Positions 34,226 to 42,115 of a stretch of DNA of 64,000 nucleotides are shown here, in pieces. Origin of the DNA: Acutalibacteraceae bacterium. Lineage in GTDB: Bacteria; Bacillota; Clostridia; Oscillospirales; Acutalibacteraceae. Position numbers and translations under genes: made by a program. The stretch spans positions 28,949 to 92,948 of the forward strand of contig JAZSQD010000127.1 of NCBI GenBank assembly GCA_045537815.1, written 5' to 3'. The notes under the pieces are model-generated. The model did no database searches. It saw only the letters and a list, made by a program, of their open reading frames with translations, and was not told the origin of the DNA. Position 1 is the stretch's first letter. Every line of letters begins with the position of its first letter.

Positions 34226-34464
34226 GGGATTAGGGATTAGGGATTAGTAGCAAAGGTAAGGGTTTTGATATTAGTAGTCAGTAGCCAGTAGCCAGTAGTC
34301 AGGGGAACGCCCGTCGGGCGTTTAATGGCGTAAGCCAATTCATGCCTCCGAGCAAAAATGATACGGTAGGGACACGGCTCGCCGTGTCCGCAAACCTGAC
34401 CGATAAATATATTTAATTTAACACGGTAGGGGCGTCCGTTGTGTCGTCCGAGTAGTCAGTAGTA
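34226..34464 (+). repeat. Composite repeat: (GGGATTA)x3, (AGTAGTC/AGTAGCC)x4, a conserved backbone, two REP hairpins and a second AGTAGTC stub
   Basis: Coordinates are gggattagggattagggattag at 34226-50 and the AGTAGTC array at 34273-34300. The backbone 34294-34346 matches 24657-24709 with 7 mismatches in 53 nt (hand alignment). REPs are GTAGGGACACGGCtcGCCGTGTCC (34366-90) and GTAGGGGCGTCCGttgtgtCGTCCG (34426-50). The stub agtagtcagtagta is at 34451-64. Confidence 0.85.
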
Positions 34465-34470
34465 AGGAAC

Positions 34471-34540
34471 TAATGGCGTGAGCCAATTCATGCCATAGGC
34501 AATTCATGACAAGGTCAATTCATGGCGTAGCCAATTCATT
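34471..34540 (+). repeat. Mini-hairpin array A: four 11-12-nt hairpins separated by ATTCA
   Basis: Hairpins are tggc-gtga-gcca (34474-85), tgcc-ata-ggca (34491-501), tgac-aag-gtca (34507-17) and tggc-gta-gcca (34523-33). Each is followed by attca. Confidence 0.9.
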
Positions 34541-34576
34541 CCATACAATATTATTGAGGGACCGGCAGCCAACAAC

Positions 34577-34659
34577 TGACCGCAGGTCAATAACACTATG
34601 CGAAGCGTAATATCACTGCATAGCAATAAAACTGCCGAGTGTCCTTGCGGACACTCGGC
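34577..34659 (-). repeat. Mini-hairpin array C (short copy) ending in the MFS gene terminator hairpin
   Basis: Order on the plus strand: tgacc-gca-ggtca, ATAACACT, atgc-gaa-gcgt, AATATCAC, tgc-ata-gca, ATAAAACT, gccgagtgtcc-ttgc-ggacactcggc (34634-59). This is near-identical to 38691-38788. Confidence 0.9.
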
Positions 34660-34676
34660 TAGCAGGGAGCTGTTTA

Positions 34677-36605
34677 TCAGTCTGCGTTTTCTTCTTCAGC
34701 CTTGTCGATGATTTCCTGAGGTACTGCCTCACCGTGCTTAACAAACATAATGAGAATAATTGCAAGCAGGAACATTACCGGACTGTAATAGAACAGCGAC
34801 ATATAGGTTCCGGCAAACATTCTTATAAAGCCGTAAACGATGGGAGAAGCAATCTGTGCTGAGAAGGTAGCGGTGTAGTAGTAGCCTGTGAAGGTGCCGA
34901 CCTTTTCAATACCGCCGATTTCAAGAACGAGGGGAAGGGTGTTAACGGTGATGAACATATTTGCTGCACCGCCGAGAATAAGAACGGGATAGATAAGAAC
35001 TCTGAGAATTGCGGTAACACTGTTGACCGTGTCAACGATTGCGCCGAGAGCAACCTCAAAGGAGTCTGTTTCTGTGCCGAGGATATTATTTGCAACTGCA
35101 ACAAGGTCAGTATAAACGCCCTCACCCTTGGTTTCGATAAGATAAGCGTCATACTTTTCATATGCGGCAACATTGATTACTGCTGCATCAGCATTTACGT
35201 CTGATTCGGTTACTGCGGCTGCAGATGCTGCAGCGGTGCCTTCGCCGTTCTTATATGCGAGATAGCCTTCGATTGAAAGAACCTCGTCGTCTGAAAGCTT
35301 TGTGCCGTTGAGCTGAGCCTCATTACTTCTGTCTGCATTGTATTCGTTGATATTTTCATCAATAACGATATAAGCATTGTTAACGGTAACATAATCCTTG
35401 ATTGCAAGGCCCTTGCTGCCGAGCATGCCTACGAATACGCCAAAGAATACAACAAAAGCTGCAAGGAAGACCGAAAGGCCGGCAATGATGGTCTTCTTTC
35501 TTCCGATCTTCTTGCCCATTTTACCTGCAGGGATAGCGGCAACACCTGAGCATACTGCAAAGATGAGCATGATGAAGGTTGCCTCTGAGGTAATCATGTG
35601 AAGGATTTCCTGAGCGAAGAGTGAGAAGAAGGTTGTAATTGCATTTGATGCGCAGAAAAGGAAGAAGAGTGTGCCGAGCATAAATGCAAGACTTTTTCTT
35701 TCGCCCTTTGAGAGCTTAATAGCCTTAAGCTCAGCTTTTTTCTGCTTTGCAGCTTCCTTCTGAGCTTTTTTGAGTGCCTTCTGGTCTGCGTACTGATTTG
35801 CATCACCCTTGATTCGAATGCTTGTGTCTTCTTCCTTAACAAAGAAGAGAAGCACGAGCATACCGATGATCATAACAAGTGAACCTACGATGAATACATA
35901 GGGGAATGATACTGTTTCGTCAGCCTTGATTTCTGCCTTGCTGTAGCCTGCAAAAAGAGTACAAAGTGCAATACCTATTGTGCCTGCAACCATACCTACA
36001 GCTGAACCGATACCACCCATAAGGTTGATGATTGCATTACCTTCACTGCGAAGCTCCGGAGGAGTAAGGTCAGGCATAAGAGCAACAACAGGGGCTCTCC
36101 ACAGTGACATTGAGAAAACAAAGAGAATAACCACCAGCATTGTAAGAGGAAGCTGGAGTGCGCCGCTTGTGTTAAGCGCAACAATGGGAATAAGAGCAAA
36201 AAGAAGAGCCGAAATCGGAGCGCAGGCAACAATGAAAGGACGGCGCTTACCGAGCTTTGAATGGCAATTATCTGAAAGCTTACCGAAAGTGGGCTGGAAA
36301 ATAACACCGAAGATGTTATCGAAGGTCATAATGATACCGATGAAAAGAGGTACCAGTGAGAAGCCGCCTGATGCGGTAATTGTACTCTGACCCTGAGCCT
36401 CTGCAAACTCGCCTATCCAGGGAACAGCACTTGCAAGCTTGGCACTGAGGTTTGTAACCAGGTCACTTTCCGAAAGTATCTTGTTGAGAATTTTTGTAAT
36501 ATAGGGGTCATAAATTGCCCATGCGATTGATGTTGCCAGGAAACCAAAACCTGTAAGTATGGTCTTTGGCACATTCAGCTTCTGAACATTCTGTTGTTTT
36601 GCCAT
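34677..36605 (-). CDS. MFS-type transporter (glycoside/cation symporter-like) with a charged central loop and a roughly 145-aa soluble insert
   Basis: 642 aa with multiple hydrophobic helices. The central loop is KKAQKEAAKQKKAELKAIKLSKGERK. A non-hydrophobic insert, KDYVTVNNAYIVIDEN...DSFEVALGAIVDTV, lies between late TM helices at about 34973-35402. Confidence 0.7.
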   Translation of the reverse strand: MAKQQNVQKLNVPKTILTGFGFLATSIAWAIYDPYITKILNKILSESDLVTNLSAKLASAVPWIGEFAEAQGQSTITASGGFSLVPLFIGIIMTFDNIFGVIFQPTFGKLSDNCHSKLGKRRPFIVACAPISALLFALIPIVALNTSGALQLPLTMLVVILFVFSMSLWRAPVVALMPDLTPPELRSEGNAIINLMGGIGSAVGMVAGTIGIALCTLFAGYSKAEIKADETVSFPYVFIVGSLVMIIGMLVLLFFVKEEDTSIRIKGDANQYADQKALKKAQKEAAKQKKAELKAIKLSKGERKSLAFMLGTLFFLFCASNAITTFFSLFAQEILHMITSEATFIMLIFAVCSGVAAIPAGKMGKKIGRKKTIIAGLSVFLAAFVVFFGVFVGMLGSKGLAIKDYVTVNNAYIVIDENINEYNADRSNEAQLNGTKLSDDEVLSIEGYLAYKNGEGTAAASAAAVTESDVNADAAVINVAAYEKYDAYLIETKGEGVYTDLVAVANNILGTETDSFEVALGAIVDTVNSVTAILRVLIYPVLILGGAANMFITVNTLPLVLEIGGIEKVGTFTGYYYTATFSAQIASPIVYGFIRMFAGTYMSLFYYSPVMFLLAIILIMFVKHGEAVPQEIIDKAEEENAD

Positions 36606-36829
36606 GTCAAAAGCTCCTTTCTTTTGAAAAAATTGCTGTCATTCAGCAACTTATATTATAGCTTTTAAATCAGTCAAATGCAACCTGAAAAAACAAATTC
36701 GTCAAAGTGTACATTTAAACGCCCTGAAATTATGCAATAAGCCTAACAGTTATATTTTATATTTCTGTTGACGATGAAAAATCTTTGTGATAGAATTTAA
36801 CTGTATATTAATGAAAAGGAGAATTATTT

Positions 36830-38461
36830 ATGAAATTCTTAAAAAAAGTACTTACTCCCCTCATAGCGGTACTCCTTGTTTTTGCTATGACATTTTCAGT
36901 TTTCGCTTCTGTAGGCACTCAGGTAAATGCCCGTGACCTTTTTGTTGCAAACAAAGCAGAACGAGTTTTCTTCGATGCTCTCGATGTTGCCGCCAACGCT
37001 CTTGTCAAAGCAATTGCAAGCTTCTTCCCTACACCCAGATATTGGTTTGACAAAGAAGATGTTCCCGGCTTTATGGAAGGCACTGCCGAATTTCTTGACA
37101 AATCTCAGGCAGGCGCAACATGGTCACTGGGCTATGACTCAAGAAGTCTTCTGCCCGAAAACAAAGAAGATGTTATCGGCAAATATTATGTTGCAGGCTC
37201 AATCGGCATCGACGGCAAGCTCGCTACAGGTGTTGAAGATGACCTTCTTGTAAGAACCGTTGCCCTTAACGATTCAACAGGCAGAGGCACTGCAGTTTTC
37301 ACCGTTCTTGACTCCTACGGTCTTTCACTTGCAGATGTGCGCGAAATCAGAACACGTCTTGCTGACTGGTCAAAGGAAAACGGCATCAACTCCATCACCG
37401 TTTCCGTTCTTCATCAGCACAGCGCAATTGACACCTTCGGTATGAACGGCAATATTTTCCGTATGGTATTTCTCAACCCTGCGCGCACCTTCTTCGGCAT
37501 TGAAACAGAAAACGGCAAAAATGATGAATACATGGAAAATCTCTTCAACAAAACTGTTGACTCAATCAAAGCCGCCTTTGCCGATATGACAGAGGGCGAC
37601 CTTTTCTACGGTACCGCAGATGCACAAAAATATATCTACGACAAGCGTCAGCCCTATATAAATGACCCCAACTTCAACCGTTTCCGTTTTGTACCCGATG
37701 ACGGCTCAGAGGAAACCTGGATTGTTTCCTCACAGATTCACTGCGTAGGCAACGGTGCAGCAGGAACTCTCGTAACAGGCGACTATCCTTACTATGCAGA
37801 GCAGGAAATCAATGCTCACGGCGCAAATGTACTTTTCATTATGGGCGCAGAACAGTCTAACACCCAGGAAAAAGACAAGACCACAGTTATCGACTACACT
37901 CCCAACGAGACAGGCATTGAAAACACAGTTGGCTACGGCAAATCAATTGCAAGAGATTTAATTGCAATCACCGAGGAAACAGAGGTTACTCCCCTTCTCA
38001 ACATCAGATATAAGGAAACTCTCCTTCCCCTGACAAACTCAATTCTTATGCTTGCAGGTAAAGCAAGTCTCTTTGAAAATATCATAAGAATCCAGAAGAC
38101 AGACTACTTCATTCTCACAGAAATCGGTTATATGGAAATGGGCGATAACCTTGCCTTTGCCATTGTACCCGGCGAGATTGCTCCCGAGCTTGCATACGGC
38201 GGTTGCCTGGGCGCTGACTACTCATGGTCAGGCGAAGACTGGCAGTACCCCTCAATGCAGGAAATCGTAACTGCCTCAGGCAACGACAGAGACCTTCACG
38301 TTATCGGCCTTGCCAATGACCAGATAGGCTACATCGTACCCGACAACGACTATATGTCAATGCTTCACGAAGACAGCAAGAGCATCGAGTTTGTTTCTCT
38401 GGGCAAAAACACTGCTTCAAAGCTTATTATGGCATTTGAAGATGTAGTTAATAACAAATAA
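36830..38461 (+). CDS. Secreted hydrolase, possibly related to the neutral/alkaline ceramidase N-terminal domain
   Basis: Has a signal peptide, MKFLKKVLTPLIAVLLVFAMTFSVFA. DDLLVRTVALNDSTGRGTAVFTVLDSYG...ITVSVLHQHSAIDTFG resembles the ceramidase-type L.VRA..l.d..g.r.a.v..D / ..tHtHs.p pattern. The family assignment is tentative. Confidence 0.4.
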   Translation: MKFLKKVLTPLIAVLLVFAMTFSVFASVGTQVNARDLFVANKAERVFFDALDVAANALVKAIASFFPTPRYWFDKEDVPGFMEGTAEFLDKSQAGATWSLGYDSRSLLPENKEDVIGKYYVAGSIGIDGKLATGVEDDLLVRTVALNDSTGRGTAVFTVLDSYGLSLADVREIRTRLADWSKENGINSITVSVLHQHSAIDTFGMNGNIFRMVFLNPARTFFGIETENGKNDEYMENLFNKTVDSIKAAFADMTEGDLFYGTADAQKYIYDKRQPYINDPNFNRFRFVPDDGSEETWIVSSQIHCVGNGAAGTLVTGDYPYYAEQEINAHGANVLFIMGAEQSNTQEKDKTTVIDYTPNETGIENTVGYGKSIARDLIAITEETEVTPLLNIRYKETLLPLTNSILMLAGKASLFENIIRIQKTDYFILTEIGYMEMGDNLAFAIVPGEIAPELAYGGCLGADYSWSGEDWQYPSMQEIVTASGNDRDLHVIGLANDQIGYIVPDNDYMSMLHEDSKSIEFVSLGKNTASKLIMAFEDVVNNK

Positions 38462-38519
38462 TATCACTTAAATGATAAACGCACCCGCCTAAATCGGGCA
38501 AGGTTGCTAAGGACAGAAA

Positions 38520-38559
38520 AGGGGTAATACGGTTAAAAACGTATTACCTCTGTTTTTTT
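38520..38559 (+). terminator. Terminator of the 36830-38461 gene
   Basis: ggtaatacg-gttaaaaa-cgtattacc followed by tctgttttttt. Confidence 0.8.
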
Positions 38560-38590
38560 CTTCTGTGGTAAAAAATGATTATGATAGTTT

Positions 38591-38788
38591 AAGTGATATT
38601 CCGACTGTGTCGGAGTGGTATTATTGCCACAGGCAATAGTAATATTGAAACTTTCAGTTTCAGTTTTATTTTATTCGCAAAAAACTTGCGAAGCAAATAA
38701 CACTATGCGAAGCATAATATCACTGCAAAGCAATAAAACTCGCCGCAAGGCGAATAAAACTGCCGAGTGTCCCGTAAGGACACTCGGC
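38591..38788. repeat. Mini-hairpin array C: eight small hairpins with AGTNNTATT-type spacers, mirrored between convergent genes
   Basis: The left arm reads on the plus strand: ccgac-tgt-gtcgg, gcc-aca-ggc and gaa-act-ttc, each followed by AGTGGTATTATT / AATAGTAATATT / AGTTTCAGTTTTATTTTATT. The centre is cgcaa-aaaac-ttgcg. The right arm reads on the minus strand: atgc-gaa-gcat, tgc-aaa-gca, cgcc-gcaa-ggcg and the 11-bp hairpin at 38762-88, each followed on the minus strand by AGTGTTATT / GTGATATT / AGTTTTAT / AGTTTTATT. Confidence 0.9.
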
Positions 38789-38811
38789 TAAGCGGTTGCG
38801 TATTATTTTGA

Positions 38812-39234
38812 TTATGAGACTACCGGCATTGTTTCCTGAGGCAGAATGTTATAAACGGTGCCGTCAGTAGCCGCCATACTTATAGGCACATCCGGCAAAA
38901 TCAGATGAATGGTGCTTATAAAGTTATTGCTGTTTTCACCGGGAAAACCGGTTACAAGAGTAATAGGCTTTATTTTTGCAGTATGGGCGCTGACCGTGAG
39001 AATGGGATCGTCACTGAAATAAATAGCCATTTCTCCGCCGTTGTTTTTAGCTGTCTGCCATAGGTTTTCCAATATATCCGGTTCGATTTTATATTCCCCC
39101 TGCTCAAAGGGCAGGACTGATATTACTTCCAATTCTGCGCCGTGTTTTACGGCAATTGCTTTACCTGCTTTCACAAGCTGCTTTGAAGACTCCTGCGGTG
39201 TTATACAAACAAGTACAGTTTTAGCCTTTTTCAT
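38812..39234 (-). CDS. Universal stress protein (Usp/KdpD-Usp-like) domain protein
   Basis: 140 aa with the alpha/beta pattern VLVCITPQESSKQLVKAGKAIAVKHGAELEVISV...ITLVTGFPG. Confidence 0.6.
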   Translation of the reverse strand: MKKAKTVLVCITPQESSKQLVKAGKAIAVKHGAELEVISVLPFEQGEYKIEPDILENLWQTAKNNGGEMAIYFSDDPILTVSAHTAKIKPITLVTGFPGENSNNFISTIHLILPDVPISMAATDGTVYNILPQETMPVVS

Positions 39235-39474
39235 GGAAAATTTACCTCCTTTTCCATCTGTAGTATATACCCTCTGCCTAAAGCAGACTTAAAAGCCCCG
39301 GAATTTACCCTCTATACATTTATATTCACACCTCATGGGAATATTAACCCGCACCGCACTTTAAATAAAAAAGCAAGCCACAAAATCTGTGACCTGCTCA
39401 GACTGTCGATAAAGGCACAAGAACACACAAAAGTCATAAAAATAAAAAAAGATGTGACCTGCTCAACTTAATTC

Positions 39475-40017
39475 TTACATAAATTTATATTTGCCGTAGT
39501 ATTCTTTATATCTCTCTATAGCTTCAGCAATAATTCTTATTGCTTCTTCTCTGCCCTTGGCTTCATCTATAACCGTTGTTTTGTTTTCAAGGGTTTTATA
39601 AACAGAAAAGAAATGGGTCATTTCATCGAATATATGCTTGGGAAGCTGTGATATATCAGTGTAACCGTTATATGTTGGGTCACCTGCATGAATTGCAATA
39701 ATCTTATCATCGGCAGCGCCGCCGTCAAGCATGGTGATTACACCTATGGGATAGCACTCCGCAAGCACAAGAGGGTCAATTCTCTCAGAGCAAAGCACCA
39801 ACACATCAAGAGGGTCATCGTCGGCGGCAAAGGTCAGAGGGATAAATCCGTAGTTGGCGGGATAATGAGTTGATGTGTGCAAAACCCTGTCCAGACGCAG
39901 AAGACCTGTTTTCTTATCAAATTCATATTTCATCTTACTGCCCTTGCTGATTTCAATAACAGCATCAAAGCAGGTGGTTGATATTCTGTCAGAGCCAATG
40001 TCATGCCATATGTTCAT
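39475..40017 (-). CDS. ppa: Inorganic pyrophosphatase, family I
   Basis: 180 aa with IEISKGSKMKYEFDKKTGLLRLDRVL...YPANYGFIP.T...DDDPLDVLVL. Confidence 0.95.
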   Translation of the reverse strand: MNIWHDIGSDRISTTCFDAVIEISKGSKMKYEFDKKTGLLRLDRVLHTSTHYPANYGFIPLTFAADDDPLDVLVLCSERIDPLVLAECYPIGVITMLDGGAADDKIIAIHAGDPTYNGYTDISQLPKHIFDEMTHFFSVYKTLENKTTVIDEAKGREEAIRIIAEAIERYKEYYGKYKFM

Positions 40018-40110
40018 ATAAATTTACCTCCATATTCATTATAGTATAATGATATCACAAACCGATAAAAAAATCAGCCCTTCAGTCTAAAAAATATTTT
40101 TCCAAAACTA

Positions 40111-40139
40111 TTGATTATGAACGCTCTTTTGAGTATAAT
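40111..40139 (+). promoter_or_regulatory. Putative promoter of tRNA-Thr
   Basis: TTGATT (40111-16), a 17-nt spacer, then TATAAT (40134-39), 13 nt upstream of the tRNA 5' end. Confidence 0.6.
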
Positions 40140-40152
40140 AATATTCACATCT

Positions 40153-40228
40153 GCTGGAATAGCTCAGTTGGTAGAGCAGCGCATTCGTAATGCGCAGGTC
40201 GCGTGTTCGAGTCACGTTTCCAGCTCCA
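40153..40228 (+). tRNA. tRNA-Thr (anticodon CGT), CCA encoded
   Basis: Cloverleaf folded by hand: acceptor GCTGGAA/TTCCAGC, D arm GCTC/GAGC, anticodon stem GCGCA/TGCGC with loop TTCGTAA, T arm GCGTG/CACGT with TTCGAGT, discriminator T plus CCA. Confidence 0.9.
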
Positions 40229-40231
40229 GAT

Positions 40232-40259
40232 AAGCCGTCCTTAAAGGGCGGCTTTTTTA
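40232..40259 (+). terminator. Terminator after tRNA-Thr
   Basis: aagccgtcc-ttaaa-gggcggctt followed by tttt. Confidence 0.7.
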
Positions 40260-40335
40260 ACATATCAAAACTATTGTAAAAAAGAAAAAACCGTGATATA
40301 ATAACTTTATCTATGAGTTTCAGGAGGTGCAGAGC

Positions 40336-41184
40336 TTGTCACTGAAGGTTAAAGCAGTCGGTGCTTATACCGAAAAGTTTATGAAATACCGCCACCTTTT
40401 GCGTGAGCTTGTTATAAAAAAAATAAAGCTGCAATACAGAAATTCCGTTCTCGGTGTTTTCTGGACTTTTCTGCAGCCTCTTCTTACAATGATAGTTCTC
40501 ACCGTTGTTTTCAGCAACCTTTTCGGCAGAGATTCAAAAGAGGTTGTGAACTATCCCGTTTATCTGCTTGCAGGCAGACTGCTCTATGAATTTTTCACCC
40601 ATAGTACAAAGAAGGCTATGAAATCAATAAGAGGCAGTGCCTCAATTATCAAGAAGGTCTATGTGCCGAAATATATCTATCCCCTGTCGGTTGTGCTTTC
40701 CACCTTTGTTACCTTCCTGATTTCACTTTCCGTGCTGGTACTGGTTATAATTTTCTTCAACCTGACAGGCAAAGACCCTATCCCCATGACCCCTTATGTT
40801 GCCTTCGCAGTGGTACCCATAATAATTCTCTTTGTTATGTGCCTGGGTATCGGTATGCTTCTTGCAACCCTTGATGTTTTCTTCAAGGATATAGAAAATC
40901 TCTATGATGTTTTCACAATGCTTCTTTTCTATGTTACACCTATTGTTTACACTATAGATAAGCTTGGCTTTGCCGCAGGCTCATGGCAGGCTATGATTCT
41001 GAGGCTCAACCCTCTTTGCGGAATAATTGATATGTTCCGCGCGGCAGTGCTTCACAGCGCAGAGTTTACGGCATATTTTGACCCGTTTGCTCTGGCCTAC
41101 TGTAGCGGCTTTGCCATAGTTATGCTTCTTGTGGGTACTGCTCTTTTCTATAAGCTGCAGGATAAGTTCATTCTTCACATTTAA
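40336..41184 (+). CDS. ABC-2 type polysaccharide/teichoic-acid export permease (TagG/Wzm-like)
   Basis: Has the LRELVIKKIKLQYRNSVLGVFWTFLQPLL signature and six hydrophobic helices. The track start, GTG 40327, lies inside the SD AGGAGG (40322-27), so TTG 40336 is the better-spaced start. Confidence 0.85.
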   Translation: MSLKVKAVGAYTEKFMKYRHLLRELVIKKIKLQYRNSVLGVFWTFLQPLLTMIVLTVVFSNLFGRDSKEVVNYPVYLLAGRLLYEFFTHSTKKAMKSIRGSASIIKKVYVPKYIYPLSVVLSTFVTFLISLSVLVLVIIFFNLTGKDPIPMTPYVAFAVVPIIILFVMCLGIGMLLATLDVFFKDIENLYDVFTMLLFYVTPIVYTIDKLGFAAGSWQAMILRLNPLCGIIDMFRAAVLHSAEFTAYFDPFALAYCSGFAIVMLLVGTALFYKLQDKFILHI

Positions 41185-41201
41185 GAAAGGCGGCTGATTT
41201 T

Positions 41202-41945
41202 TTGAAAGAATATGCAATTGAAGTAAATCATGTCAGCATGCTTTTCCGTCTTAACCGTGAAAGAGTTGACAGTGTAAAAGAATATTTCATAAGACTGCTC
41301 ACGAGAAAGCTCACCTATACTGAATTCTGGGCGCTGAAGGATGTTTCCTTCAAGGTTGAAAAAGGTGACCGTGTAGGTGTTATGGGCTTTAACGGTGCAG
41401 GCAAAAGCACCCTGCTCAAAACAATTGCCGGGGTACTCAAGCCCACAATGGGCAACTGCAAGGTTGTGGGTACGGTTGCACCTATGCTTGAGCTTGGCGC
41501 AGGCTTTGACCCCAACTATTCAGGCAAAGAGAACATCTATCTTTACGGTACAACAATGGGCTTTTCAAGAAAGTTCATCGATGAAAAATTTGACGAGATA
41601 GTTGAGTTTTCCGAACTCGAGGAATTCATCAACGCCCCCCTCAAGAGCTATTCATCGGGTATGAAGTCAAGACTTGGCTTTGCAATTGCAACAGCCGTCA
41701 AGCCTGATGTGCTTATTCTTGACGAGGTTCTCAGCGTAGGCGATGCTGCCTTCAAGGAAAAGAGTGAGCAGAGAATCCTCGATATGATGGATGACGGTGT
41801 TACGGTGCTTTTTGTTTCTCACAGCACCGACAGAGTAAAGAAGCTCTGCAATAAGGCTATAATTCTCACCAAGGGTCAGGTTGTGGCTCACGGCGAGGTT
41901 AACGAAATCTGCGATATGTACACCGAAATGGTCAACAGCAAATAA
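41202..41945 (+). CDS. ABC transporter ATP-binding protein (TagH/Wzt-like)
   Basis: Walker A GFNGAGKST, signature YSSGMKSRL, Walker B VLILDE. Confidence 0.9.
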   Translation: MKEYAIEVNHVSMLFRLNRERVDSVKEYFIRLLTRKLTYTEFWALKDVSFKVEKGDRVGVMGFNGAGKSTLLKTIAGVLKPTMGNCKVVGTVAPMLELGAGFDPNYSGKENIYLYGTTMGFSRKFIDEKFDEIVEFSELEEFINAPLKSYSSGMKSRLGFAIATAVKPDVLILDEVLSVGDAAFKEKSEQRILDMMDDGVTVLFVSHSTDRVKKLCNKAIILTKGQVVAHGEVNEICDMYTEMVNSK

Positions 41946-42071
41946 AAATTCAGTTGAAAGGAAGACAGAAAAAAATGACATTATGGACATACCGTTACTA
42001 TGAAAACAATAAGAAAATTTCTGTTCCGACATGCTGATTGAAACTGATTTTTTATAAATAAAAATCTTTTA

Positions 42072-42102
42072 TCCGTCGGAATATCTCCGACGGAATTTTT
42101 TT
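42072..42102 (+). terminator. Terminator after the TagGH-like pair
   Basis: Perfect 9-bp stem tccgtcgga-atatc-tccgacgga followed by attttttt. Confidence 0.8.
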
Positions 42103-42115
42103 GGAGGTGATTATT

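Noticed and set aside
39393-39470. A 13-nt direct repeat, tgtgacctgctca, occurs twice downstream of ppa.
   Set aside because: There are only two copies. One is part of an imperfect terminator-like hairpin, and there is too little evidence to call a repeat family.
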